A stretch of DNA of 44,917 nt, taken from an uncultured Eubacteriales bacterium. GTDB taxonomy: Bacteria > Bacillota > Clostridia > Christensenellales > CAG-138. The stretch spans positions 1-44,917 of the forward strand of contig CADAQS010000003.1 in the NCBI GenBank assembly GCA_902790115.1. Reading direction: 5' to 3'. The translations under genes were made by a program, and so were the position numbers. Shown one piece after another: positions 24,552 to 33,101 of the stretch (its first letter is position 1; each line of letters opens with the position of its first letter). A model generated the notes under the pieces. It was not told the DNA's origin. It did no database searches and saw only the letters and a program-made list of their open reading frames with translations.

Positions 24552-24614
24552 ATTGTAACCGAATCGTAAAGACGTGTCAAATCCTTTGACACCGGCACAT
24601 TTTGGTGATATGCT
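24552..24614. promoter_or_regulatory. Back-to-back divergent promoters (carboxypeptidase and trkA)
   Basis: Plus strand: TTGACA 24586-24591, 17-nt spacer, TGa-TATGCT 24609-24614. Minus strand: TTGACA (24580-24575), 17-nt spacer, TACAAT (24557-24552). Confidence 0.55.
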
Positions 24615-24654
24615 GTATTTGTATTTCTTTATCGCTTTTTTTGGAGGGAGTCCT

Positions 24655-26025
24655 ATGAGGATCGTTATCGTCGGCTGCGGAAAGGTCGGGTCCACGCTCG
24701 CCATGCGTTTGCAGGAAGAAGGACATGAGCTCACGATCATCGATCGCAGCGAGCGCGTGATCGAACAGATCGGAAACGTCGTTGATGTGATCGGTTACGT
24801 CGGAAACGGCGCGGTCTATTCGGTGCTGGAGTCGGCGGACGTCCGCAACGCGGATCTGCTGCTGGCGGTCACCGCGACGGATGAGATCAACCTTTTGACC
24901 TGCCTGGTCGCAAACAAGCTCGGCGTCAAGCATACGATCGCGCGGGTGCGCAATCCGGAATACGCCGAGAATGCGACGCTGTTCCATGAGGAGTTCGGCG
25001 TTTCGATGACGATCAATCCCGAGCGTCAGCTCGCCAACGAGATCGCGAGGATTCTGCGGTTCCCGAGTGCGACGCGCGTCGAAATGTTCGCCCGCGGCCG
25101 CGCGGAGATGGTCTCCTGCACGCTGCCCGAGGGCGCGGCGCCGGCAGGGCTCAAGCTGTATGAACTGCCGCAAAAGCTCGGCCTGAAAGTGCTCGTCTGT
25201 GCGGTGCGCCGCAACGACGAGGTGCTGATTCCGTCCGGCGGTTTTGAACTGTGCGCGGGCGACGAGCTGTATATGACCGGCGCGCCGAAAGAGGTGGAAA
25301 AAGCGTTCCGCAAGATGGGCATGTGGAGCAATCCGATCAAGAACGTGCTGATTGCGGGCGGCGGCAAGGTGAGCTACTACCTTGCGCAGGCGCTGGCGGA
25401 TCGGAACTTCCGGCTTAAGATCATCGAGCGTGACCCGGAGCGCGCTGCGGAGCTCGCGGAGTCGCTGCCGAACGCGGTCGTGCTGCTCGGCGATTCGTCC
25501 GACCATGAGCTTTTGACCGAGGAAGGTCTTGCGGCGGCGGATGCGTTTGTCGCGCTGACCGGTCTCGACGAGGGCAATATCCTGTCTGCGCTGTATGCAA
25601 AGCGAATCGGTGTGAACAAGATCATCTGCAAGGTCAACAACGATCATCTGAAATCGCTGACGGAGAACGCCGGCCTCGAATCGACGGTATCGTCCAAGAA
25701 CGTCACGGCGAATACGATCGTGCGCGTCGTGCGCGCGTATGCGGCGGGCGAGGGCGAGGGCAACGTGCGCGCCATGTACCGCCTCGCGGACGGCAGGGCG
25801 GAGATCCTGGAGTTTGCCGCGACTGCCGATATGATCCGGCTGATCGGGATCCCGCTGAAGGATCTGAAGCCGAAAATGAAAAAGGATATCCTGGTCGCCT
25901 GCATCGTCCGCAAAAACAAGGCGATCGTACCGGGCGGCGCAGATGTGATCGAACCGAACGACCGCGTGCTGATCGTGACGGCCGATCAGCGGCTGACCGA
26001 GCTGACCGGCATTCTGGTGGGCTGA
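24655..26025 (+). CDS. trkA: Trk system K+ uptake protein TrkA (tandem RCK)
   Basis: Starts MRIVIVGCGKVGSTLA; second Rossmann motif IAGGGKVSYYLA. RBS GGAGGGAG. Confidence 0.9.
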   Translation: MRIVIVGCGKVGSTLAMRLQEEGHELTIIDRSERVIEQIGNVVDVIGYVGNGAVYSVLESADVRNADLLLAVTATDEINLLTCLVANKLGVKHTIARVRNPEYAENATLFHEEFGVSMTINPERQLANEIARILRFPSATRVEMFARGRAEMVSCTLPEGAAPAGLKLYELPQKLGLKVLVCAVRRNDEVLIPSGGFELCAGDELYMTGAPKEVEKAFRKMGMWSNPIKNVLIAGGGKVSYYLAQALADRNFRLKIIERDPERAAELAESLPNAVVLLGDSSDHELLTEEGLAAADAFVALTGLDEGNILSALYAKRIGVNKIICKVNNDHLKSLTENAGLESTVSSKNVTANTIVRVVRAYAAGEGEGNVRAMYRLADGRAEILEFAATADMIRLIGIPLKDLKPKMKKDILVACIVRKNKAIVPGGADVIEPNDRVLIVTADQRLTELTGILVG

Positions 26026-26026
26026 T

Positions 26027-27484
26027 ATGAACCGTAAGATGATCGCCTTCACGATCGGCCGGATCCTGGTCGCGGAGGGCGCATTGATGATCCCGTCGGT
26101 GATCGTCGGTCTGATCTACCGCGAAAGAAGCACATGGGTGTTTTTGCCGGCGATCGCGCTGCTGCTTGTGATCGGCGCGCTGTGCAGCTGGAAAAAGCCG
26201 CAGAACACCGTGATCTTCACGCGTGACGGCTATTTCATCGTCGCGGCGGTGTGGATCCTGCTGTCGGTGTTCGGTGCGCTGCCTTTTTGGTTCTCGGGGT
26301 ATTTCAAATCCTTCTGGGACTGTCTGTTCGAGATCGCGTCCGGTTTTTCGACGACCGGCGCGTCGATCCTGACCGCGATCGATCCGCTGCCCAGGTGCAT
26401 CCTGTTCTGGCGCAGCTTCAGCCATTGGGTCGGCGGCATGGGCGTGCTGATGTTCGTGCTGGCGATCATGCCGCTGGCGGAGGAGCGTTCGCTGCACCTG
26501 ATGCGTGCCGAAGTGCCCGGACCGGTCGTCGGCAAGCTCGTTCCGCGCATCCGCGACACCGCAAAGATTCTGTACGGCGTCTATACCGGACTGACCGCGA
26601 TCCTGGTCATCCTGCTGCTGTGCGGCGGCATGCCGCTGTTTGACGCGCTGTGCTATGCATTCGGCACGGCAGGCACCGGCGGGTTCGGCATTACGAATGC
26701 CGGCGTTTCGCTGTATCACAGCGCGTATATCGAAACCGTCATCGCGGTGTTCATGATGCTGTTCGGCATCAACTTCAATCTGTACTACTTTATCCTGATC
26801 GGCAAGGTCAAGGACGCGCTGAAGTCCGAGGAGCTGCACGTCTATCTCGGCGTGATCGCGGCGGCGGTACTTGCTATTGCGGCAAGCACGTATCATCTGT
26901 ATCAGGGGATCGGGTCGACGCTTCGGTATGCATTCTTTCAGGTTACAACCATCATTTCAACAACCGGATTTGCAACCGCGGACTTTGCAAATGATTGGCC
27001 GGCGTTTTCTCAGATGATCCTTATTCTGCTGATGTTTACCGGAGCATGCGCGGGATCGACGGGCGGCGGTTTGAAAATGAGCCGCATTATTCTGCTGTTC
27101 AAATCCTGCAATCAGGAGATTCAAAGGCTTTTGCATCCGCGGGCCGTTCAGGTGGTGCGGCTGGAGAAAAAACCAGTGGACAATCTGCTGCTTCGGACCA
27201 CGTTGAGCTTTTTTGTCCTGTATATCGGCATTGTCACGGCGGTCACGCTTTTGCTTTCCCTGGATGAACCGGATTTTTTGACCAACTTCACTGCGGCAAC
27301 GGCGTGCCTCAGCAATATCGGTCCGGGTCTTGGGAAGATCGGGCCGAACGGCAATTATGCGTTTTATTCCGCCCCGTCCAAAGTCATGCTGTCGCTGACG
27401 ATGCTGGCGGGCAGACTGGAGCTTTTCCCGATCTTCGTATTGTTCAATTTCAGACACGATCGGAAAAACGGAGCAAAAGCGTAA
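26027..27484 (+). CDS. trkH: Trk system K+ uptake membrane subunit TrkH
   Basis: 485-aa polytopic protein with TrkH-type selectivity-filter glycine motifs (STTGAS, GTAGTGGFG, ISTTGFAT, GACAGSTGGGLK). Confidence 0.9.
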   Translation: MNRKMIAFTIGRILVAEGALMIPSVIVGLIYRERSTWVFLPAIALLLVIGALCSWKKPQNTVIFTRDGYFIVAAVWILLSVFGALPFWFSGYFKSFWDCLFEIASGFSTTGASILTAIDPLPRCILFWRSFSHWVGGMGVLMFVLAIMPLAEERSLHLMRAEVPGPVVGKLVPRIRDTAKILYGVYTGLTAILVILLLCGGMPLFDALCYAFGTAGTGGFGITNAGVSLYHSAYIETVIAVFMMLFGINFNLYYFILIGKVKDALKSEELHVYLGVIAAAVLAIAASTYHLYQGIGSTLRYAFFQVTTIISTTGFATADFANDWPAFSQMILILLMFTGACAGSTGGGLKMSRIILLFKSCNQEIQRLLHPRAVQVVRLEKKPVDNLLLRTTLSFFVLYIGIVTAVTLLLSLDEPDFLTNFTAATACLSNIGPGLGKIGPNGNYAFYSAPSKVMLSLTMLAGRLELFPIFVLFNFRHDRKNGAKA

Positions 27485-27500
27485 TTTTGTGAAAAGAAAA

Positions 27501-27529
27501 AGCGACGCGTGAGAACACGCCGCTTTTTT
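27501..27529. terminator. Bidirectional terminator between trkH and ktrA
   Basis: AGCGACGCGTG / CACGCCGCT imperfect stem, flanked by an A-run and a T-run. Confidence 0.65.
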
Positions 27530-27536
27530 GCGTTTT

Positions 27537-28187
27537 TCAGTCTTTCAGCCGCTTCAGTTCTTTGGTTTCCGAGAGCACGAGAATCTGCGCATCTTCGGTC
27601 AGGGGCTTTTCGGGATCGATCCGCGCGCTGAGAGAACCGTCTTTCTCCCGGATCGCGACAACATTGATTCCGTAACGGTTGCGGAGACGGAGCTCGCTCA
27701 GCGATTTTCCGATCCATTCCGCCTTTGGGCGCATGTTGATGATGCATAGATCCTCGTCCAGGCTGAAGTATTCCAAAAAATTCGCGGAAAGGATCTTATG
27801 CGCGTTCTGCAGCGCGCTTTCTTTTTCGGGATAGATGATCTCATCTGCACCGACAAGACGCAGGATCTCTCCCATACGATCGGATGCGGCCTTTGCGATC
27901 ACGCGCGGAACACCGCATTCCTTGGCAACCATCACGCAGAGAATGCTGGCCTCCAGACTGCTGCCCATCGTGACAATGACCAGATCCATGCCGGACAGAC
28001 CGATATTTTTGATCGACCGCGTATCGGTCAGATCGGCGATCACGGCGTCGCTGACAATGCCGGAATACTGGTTGACGATTTTTTCGTCGTTGTCGGCGAT
28101 CAAAACGTCCGCACCGTTTTTGGACAGCTCCTCCGCGAGAAACTGTCCGAAGCGACCCATGCCCAGAATTGCGATTGATTTGTTCAT
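27537..28187 (-). CDS. ktrA: Ktr system K+ uptake regulatory subunit (single RCK, KtrA-type)
   Basis: Starts MNKSIAILGMGRFGQFLA; 216 aa; RBS AAGGAGG. Confidence 0.85.
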   Translation of the reverse strand: MNKSIAILGMGRFGQFLAEELSKNGADVLIADNDEKIVNQYSGIVSDAVIADLTDTRSIKNIGLSGMDLVIVTMGSSLEASILCVMVAKECGVPRVIAKAASDRMGEILRLVGADEIIYPEKESALQNAHKILSANFLEYFSLDEDLCIINMRPKAEWIGKSLSELRLRNRYGINVVAIREKDGSLSARIDPEKPLTEDAQILVLSETKELKRLKD

Positions 28188-28196
28188 AAAACCTCC

Positions 28197-29570
28197 TTAT
28201 CCGACGAAGAAGCGTCCGCGTGCGTGCTGAATTTCATTTTTATCCGCGTCGTCCACTCCAAAGAACAACGCCAAAGAGATCGGGCCGATACGACCGAGAT
28301 ACATTCCGACGATGATGATCCATCTTCCGGCAGGGGACAGCGCTGCCGTAATGCCGCGGGAAAGGCCAACCGTTCCGGTGGCGCTGAAAACCTCGTACAA
28401 GCCGTCTGTCATGGACAGAGGATCGGAGCACAGCAGAGCGGCGGTCATCAGCAGCGATACCGAGAAGGTGATCAGAACGATCGCCGTTGATTTGCGGATC
28501 AGTTCTCCTGAAATCCTGCGGCGGAAAACGATTGTTTCGCGACGGTTATGGATATAGGTCAGCGCGGTCGCGAACAGGACAAAGACCGTTACGGTTTTGA
28601 CGCCGCCGGCGGTTCCCATCGGCGAACCGCCGATAAACATCATAAGGCAGCCGAAAAGCGCGGTCGGATCCCGAAGGGCATTCTGCGGAACGGCAGCGAA
28701 GCCGGCAGTGCGGAACGTGACCGACTGGAACAGGCTGTTCAACAGCTTTTGCCCGATCGGCATGGAACCGAGCGTTGCGGGATTGTCGTGTTCCAGCAGC
28801 AGAACGATCCCCGCGCCGGACAGGATCAGAAAAGCGGTCAGCAGCAGAACGAGCCGCGAGTGCTCGGAAAGACGCGGCTTGGAACGGCCCTTTTGAAACA
28901 GAACATGCACCGCGGCGGAAAGATCAAACCATACGATATAGCCGAGACCGCCGATTATGATCAGCAGCATGGTCACGATCAGCAGCCAGGGATTGCCGGA
29001 ATAGGAGATCAGGCTGTCAGGTCCGAGAATGTCCAGACCGGCGTTGCAGAATGCGGAGACCGAATGAAAAACAGAATACCAAAGGCCGCGGGGAAAACCG
29101 AATTGCGGAACGAAGAAAAAAGCATACAGCAGCGCGCCGATGCCTTCCACACAAAAAACGCCCTTGATGACGCCGAGCAGAAACCGCATCAGATCCGAAA
29201 TGGAATCCAGATTGAACGCATCCCGCAGCAGAACGCGGTTCTTGATCGAAAACCGTTTTGCAAACAGCAGAAGCATGGAGGAAGAGACCGCAACCACACC
29301 GAGACCGCCGAGCTGAATCAGAATCAAAATGATGATTTTGCCGAAGAGCGACCAGTGTGAGAAGGTGTCGACGACGACAAGACCCGTTACACAGACAGAG
29401 GTAGTTGCGGTGAAAAGAGCGGTCAGAAACGAAGTCTGCTCACCGGGCGCGGTAGCCGACGGCAGCAGCAACATGCCCGTCCCGACTGCGATAAGCAGAA
29501 GAAAGCCGAGCGGGATGATTTGCGCGGAAGAAAAATGCCGCTTTGAAGAAGACAGAGTCGTTCGCTTCAT
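28197..29570 (-). CDS. ktrB: Ktr system K+ uptake membrane subunit (KtrB-type, TrkH family)
   Basis: 457-aa polytopic protein with motifs CVTGL, NAGLD, RTAGF and GGSPMGTAGGVK. Confidence 0.85.
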   Translation of the reverse strand: MKRTTLSSSKRHFSSAQIIPLGFLLLIAVGTGMLLLPSATAPGEQTSFLTALFTATTSVCVTGLVVVDTFSHWSLFGKIIILILIQLGGLGVVAVSSSMLLLFAKRFSIKNRVLLRDAFNLDSISDLMRFLLGVIKGVFCVEGIGALLYAFFFVPQFGFPRGLWYSVFHSVSAFCNAGLDILGPDSLISYSGNPWLLIVTMLLIIIGGLGYIVWFDLSAAVHVLFQKGRSKPRLSEHSRLVLLLTAFLILSGAGIVLLLEHDNPATLGSMPIGQKLLNSLFQSVTFRTAGFAAVPQNALRDPTALFGCLMMFIGGSPMGTAGGVKTVTVFVLFATALTYIHNRRETIVFRRRISGELIRKSTAIVLITFSVSLLMTAALLCSDPLSMTDGLYEVFSATGTVGLSRGITAALSPAGRWIIIVGMYLGRIGPISLALFFGVDDADKNEIQHARGRFFVG

Positions 29571-29602
29571 AACACCTCTGAAAGGCGCAGTACTTTCTAT
29601 TT

Positions 29603-29631
29603 ATTATATCGTACGGACAAAGGCAATGCAA
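29603..29631 (-). promoter_or_regulatory. Candidate ktrBA promoter
   Basis: Minus strand: TTGCAT, 17-nt spacer, TATAAT. The leader is only about 30 nt. Confidence 0.6.
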
Positions 29632-29665
29632 CTGTTTTCAAACGGGACGAAACGGAAAAACAACA

Positions 29666-29690
29666 AGCGCAGTCTTGCAAAGACTGCGCT
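29666..29690 (-). terminator. Intrinsic terminator of the XRE gene
   Basis: Minus strand: AGCGCAGTCTT-TGC-AAGACTGCGCT followed by TGTTGTTTTT. Confidence 0.75.
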
Positions 29691-29691
29691 T

Positions 29692-30036
29692 TTATGCCTT
29701 TTGATCGCCCTTGCCCGCAAGCTGCAGGCAGTTGTCGATGATGGATTCAACAAGCTGCAGTTCAATCGCGTTCAAAGAGCTCAATTTTACCGCTGTACGG
29801 TTGGTTTCTGCGGGAGCAACATGACCGAGGAGAATATAATCTGCGCTGACCTGCAGGACTTGACAGAGTTTTGCCAGATTTTCCGGACGGATGGCTTTAT
29901 GACCTGTCTCGATATATGAAATTGTTTGGGTCGAGACATTCATCTGCTCGGCAAGCTGTTCTTGGGTCAGTCCAACAGCTTTTCGCCTGTGCGCGATCCG
30001 CGCCCCCATTTCCCAATGAAATTTATTTGTTCCCAT
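29692..30036 (-). CDS. XRE-family helix-turn-helix transcriptional regulator
   Basis: Starts MGTNKFHWEMGARIAHRRKAVGLTQEQLAEQMNVSTQTISYIETG. RBS AAGGTGGTGA. Confidence 0.8.
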   Translation of the reverse strand: MGTNKFHWEMGARIAHRRKAVGLTQEQLAEQMNVSTQTISYIETGHKAIRPENLAKLCQVLQVSADYILLGHVAPAETNRTAVKLSSLNAIELQLVESIIDNCLQLAGKGDQKA

Positions 30037-30094
30037 AGTTTCACCACCTTTATAAAGTATATCAACTATGGTTGTTCCCATACATCAATCATGA

Positions 30095-30123
30095 TTGACA
30101 ATAATAAAAACATGATTTATAAT
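30095..30123 (+). promoter_or_regulatory. Candidate promoter of the zinc-ribbon genes
   Basis: TTGACA, 17-nt spacer, TATAAT, overlapped by CATGATT repeats. Confidence 0.6.
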
Positions 30124-30184
30124 TTTACAGAACCGTTGAGAAATAGGTTTATGAAAACACATCATAGGAAATGGAGGAAACGAA

Positions 30185-30973
30185 ATGAAGTACTGTCCGA
30201 ACTGCGGTTCGCAGGTTGATGATCAGATAAAGTTCTGTACGAATTGCGGAGCTCCTTTACAGGAGAATAATCAACCAACATTTCAACAGCAAACGGAGCC
30301 GGTCGTGGAAAGGATCGTCTATCAACAAGTGCCCGTTCAGCAGAATCAGCCGAAACGCGTTTCGCCCTTGGGAATCGTTGCGTTTGTGCTCTCTTTGACA
30401 TTTATCGGCGCACCGATAGCGGTTGTATTGGCAATCCTTGATTTGGTTCTCAACAAAGATCGAAAACACGGTTTAACGATCGCCGGTTTAGCAATCGGCG
30501 CAGTCTTTTCGTTGTTGCTTGCATCGATCTTATTTGATTCTTCGAAGAAAGAAGCACAGAAAGCGCCGACTACAAGTACGGCACAAGTAGAGCGCTCTGT
30601 CCCCGAAACAAAGCCCGATTCGGAAAGCAGCAGAGAAGTCATTTTAGAAACGGAAAGTCCTACAAAAGCTCCGACGGAAAAGCCGACTTCAAAGCCGAAT
30701 GCAATTTCGGAAAACACCATACGCCCGGAGATAAAAGAGGCGATTGACAGTTATGAAGAGTTTTATGACCAATACGTTGAATTCATGAAAAAACTCGACA
30801 TGTCGGATGCTTCTATGCTGATGGAAAGCGTAAAAATGATGGAGAAGCTTGCCGAGATGGAGAAGAAATGGGACGAGATCAATGAGATGGAACTGACCAC
30901 TGCGGAGACAAAATATCTTCTTGATGCCAGCATACGGATCGAGAAGAAATCACTTGAGCTGATCGATTCTTAA
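30185..30973 (+). CDS. Zinc-ribbon membrane protein (N-terminal zinc ribbon, DUF4190-like TM pair, S/T/P/E linker, helical C-terminal domain)
   Basis: Starts MKYCPNCGSQVDDQIKFCTNCG; TM pair GIVAFVLSLTFIGAPIAVVLAIL / LTIAGLAIGAVFSLLLASILF; RBS GGAGGAAA. Confidence 0.7.
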   Translation: MKYCPNCGSQVDDQIKFCTNCGAPLQENNQPTFQQQTEPVVERIVYQQVPVQQNQPKRVSPLGIVAFVLSLTFIGAPIAVVLAILDLVLNKDRKHGLTIAGLAIGAVFSLLLASILFDSSKKEAQKAPTTSTAQVERSVPETKPDSESSREVILETESPTKAPTEKPTSKPNAISENTIRPEIKEAIDSYEEFYDQYVEFMKKLDMSDASMLMESVKMMEKLAEMEKKWDEINEMELTTAETKYLLDASIRIEKKSLELIDS

Positions 30974-31033
30974 TCAGAAAAACAACAGCAATAAAGCTGA
31001 ACAAGAAACGACAATCACTTTGAAAGGGTAACA

Positions 31034-31633
31034 ATGCTAGTCGTAATGAAGTGTCCGAACTGCAATGCGGATTTACAGATGGAGGAAACGCGAGAGTTTA
31101 TGTTCTGCCAATATTGTGGAACAAAAGTCGTGAACCTGTATCAAAAAGTGCATGTCGTTAATCAATTTCAGGTTGATGCTGCATCATTTCTTCCGCTATT
31201 ACAGATGCAGGGACGATATGAAATTCCGCAGACAGGACTTCTTCTCGGTAAAGTACAGGAATTGAAAAGAACCCGAAACATCGATCAGGCTATTGCCTAT
31301 TGTGATGCAATATTGGTTCTCGATCCGAACAATTACGAAGCGCTCAAAGAACGCAATGCGCTGATGAAGACCATAACAACCCCCAATGTCTTTGTCCGGT
31401 TCATCTCCGTGAATGAAAACGCAGGTTTGCAGACTTCTCTTGACGACCGTCAGATTACAAGATACAAGCTTAATGAGGAAAAACAATTTTTAATGCCTGT
31501 CGGAAAGCATATCCTAAAATTCCGTTCGGGAATTAAGAGATACGCGCGCGAATTTGAAATCTTCGATCGTACATCGGTTGTACACTTTACTTTCGAAGCC
31601 GGTATTTTCAGTAACGCAATTTATTCCGAATAA
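31034..31633 (+). CDS. Zinc-ribbon protein with TPR-like helix pair and beta-rich C-terminal domain
   Basis: CPNCNADL..x13..CQYCGTK, then AIAYCDAILVLDPNNYEALKERNAL. Low-GC codon usage; start could instead be 31046. Confidence 0.6.
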   Translation: MLVVMKCPNCNADLQMEETREFMFCQYCGTKVVNLYQKVHVVNQFQVDAASFLPLLQMQGRYEIPQTGLLLGKVQELKRTRNIDQAIAYCDAILVLDPNNYEALKERNALMKTITTPNVFVRFISVNENAGLQTSLDDRQITRYKLNEEKQFLMPVGKHILKFRSGIKRYAREFEIFDRTSVVHFTFEAGIFSNAIYSE

Positions 31634-31641
31634 GATGCACA

Positions 31642-31669
31642 ACAGGCTCCCTTGCGGGAGCCTGTTTTC
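31642..31669. terminator. Bidirectional intrinsic terminator
   Basis: ACAGGCTCCC-TTGC-GGGAGCCTGT followed by TTTTC. Confidence 0.75.
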
Positions 31670-31686
31670 TATCGTTCGATCTGCGC

Positions 31687-32922
31687 TTATTGGATCCGTC
31701 CGCTGGCTTCGAGCACCTTGATGTCGGGCTCGCAGAGGAACGGTTCGCCGGCGGCGCGGAGGGCGTTGTTGACGTCCTTGAGACCGGAGCCGGTCGAGAT
31801 CACGGTGACGGTCTCGTCGGGCTTGATGATGCCCTCGGCGACAGCGCGCTTGACGCCCGCGGTGGCAGTGACGCCGGCGGGTTCGCCGAAGACGCCTTCG
31901 GTGCGGCCTAAAAGGCGCATCGCGGCAAGGATCTCGTCATCGGAAACGGCGATCCAGCGTCCGCTGCTCTTTTCGACGGCGCGGAGCGCTTTTTTCGGGT
32001 TGCGCGGCACGCCGACCGCGATGCTGTCCGCGATCGTGTTTTCGGGGGTCGGGACGAGGTCGCGATGGTTGTTCGCCGCATCGACGAACGGGCAGCAGCC
32101 GGTGGATTGAACGCCGAGGATCTTCGGGATCCGGTCGAGCATGCCCATCTCATAGAGGTCATGGAATCCGTTGTAGACGCCGCCGATCGTGCAGCCGTCG
32201 CCGACGGAGACCGCGACCCAGTCGGTGGGCTCGAAGTGCAGCTGCTCGGCGATCTCAAGCGCGACGGTCTTTTTGCCCTCGGTGAGGATCGGGTTGATGC
32301 CCGCGTTGCGGTTGTAGAAGCCCCATTTGTCGATCGCGGCTTTGGAAAGCTCAAAGGTCTGCCGGTAGTCGCCCTTGACCGAAATGACGTTTGCGCCGAA
32401 GATCAGAAGCTGCGCGACCTTGCCCTTTGGCGCGCGCTCCGGCACGAAGATCACGGTCTTGAGACCCATGCGGGCGGCGTTGCCCGCGCAGGACGAGGCG
32501 GCGTTGCCGGTCGAGGAGCAGCAGATCGTGTCATAGCCGAGCTCGAGCGCTTTCGCGACCGCGACGCCGGAGGCGCGATCCTTGAGCGAAGCTGTCGGGT
32601 TGATGCCGTCGTCCTTGATGTACAGCTTTTTGATGCCGAGTTCGTCGCCGAGCCGCAGCGATTCGTAAAGCGGCGTCCAGCCGATGCGGAGGAACTTCGA
32701 GAGCCCTTCGCCCTTCAGGGGCATCAGCGCGCGGTAGCGCCACATGCTGTTGTCGCGGTCGTTTCGGAGCGTTTCCCGGTTGAGCTCCTTCTTGACCTCG
32801 TTGTAGTTGAACACGATGTCCAGAATGCCCTTTTCGCCGCAGGCGGGGCAGGTCATCAGCTCCGGTCCGTAGGGGTACTCCCGGCCGCAGAGCGTGCAGC
32901 GGTAACCATAGATGCGTTTCAT
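31687..32922 (-). CDS. thrC: Threonine synthase (PLP-dependent, with N-terminal zinc ribbon)
   Basis: Starts MKRIYGYRCTLCGREYPYGPELMTCPACGE. PLP lysine motif PTASLKDRAS. RBS AGGAGGAA. Confidence 0.8.
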   Translation of the reverse strand: MKRIYGYRCTLCGREYPYGPELMTCPACGEKGILDIVFNYNEVKKELNRETLRNDRDNSMWRYRALMPLKGEGLSKFLRIGWTPLYESLRLGDELGIKKLYIKDDGINPTASLKDRASGVAVAKALELGYDTICCSSTGNAASSCAGNAARMGLKTVIFVPERAPKGKVAQLLIFGANVISVKGDYRQTFELSKAAIDKWGFYNRNAGINPILTEGKKTVALEIAEQLHFEPTDWVAVSVGDGCTIGGVYNGFHDLYEMGMLDRIPKILGVQSTGCCPFVDAANNHRDLVPTPENTIADSIAVGVPRNPKKALRAVEKSSGRWIAVSDDEILAAMRLLGRTEGVFGEPAGVTATAGVKRAVAEGIIKPDETVTVISTGSGLKDVNNALRAAGEPFLCEPDIKVLEASGRIQ

Positions 32923-33037
32923 CGGCTTCCTCCTGTGATGGATGCAAGATTGCGAAACGAACAAGCGCCATTTCATCGCTTCTATGATACAATACTGAAA
33001 ATTTTTTTGCAACCCTTTTCCATTTTTGCTATTACAC

Positions 33038-33066
33038 TTGCACATTTTCCGAGGATCGTCTATAAT
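33038..33066 (+). promoter_or_regulatory. Candidate ssnA promoter
   Basis: TTGCAC, 17-nt spacer, TATAAT. Confidence 0.6.
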
Positions 33067-33101
33067 AAAATTGTAAATAGCGCGTAAAGGAGCGAACGGA
33101 T

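Noticed and set aside
29571-29691. c-di-AMP (ydaO-type) riboswitch upstream of ktrB, and likewise upstream of trkA (24592-24654)
   Set aside because: The promoter-to-ATG distance is only about 30-40 nt, which is too short for the ~130-nt element. No ACGGGGA/CCCG-type conserved blocks are present.
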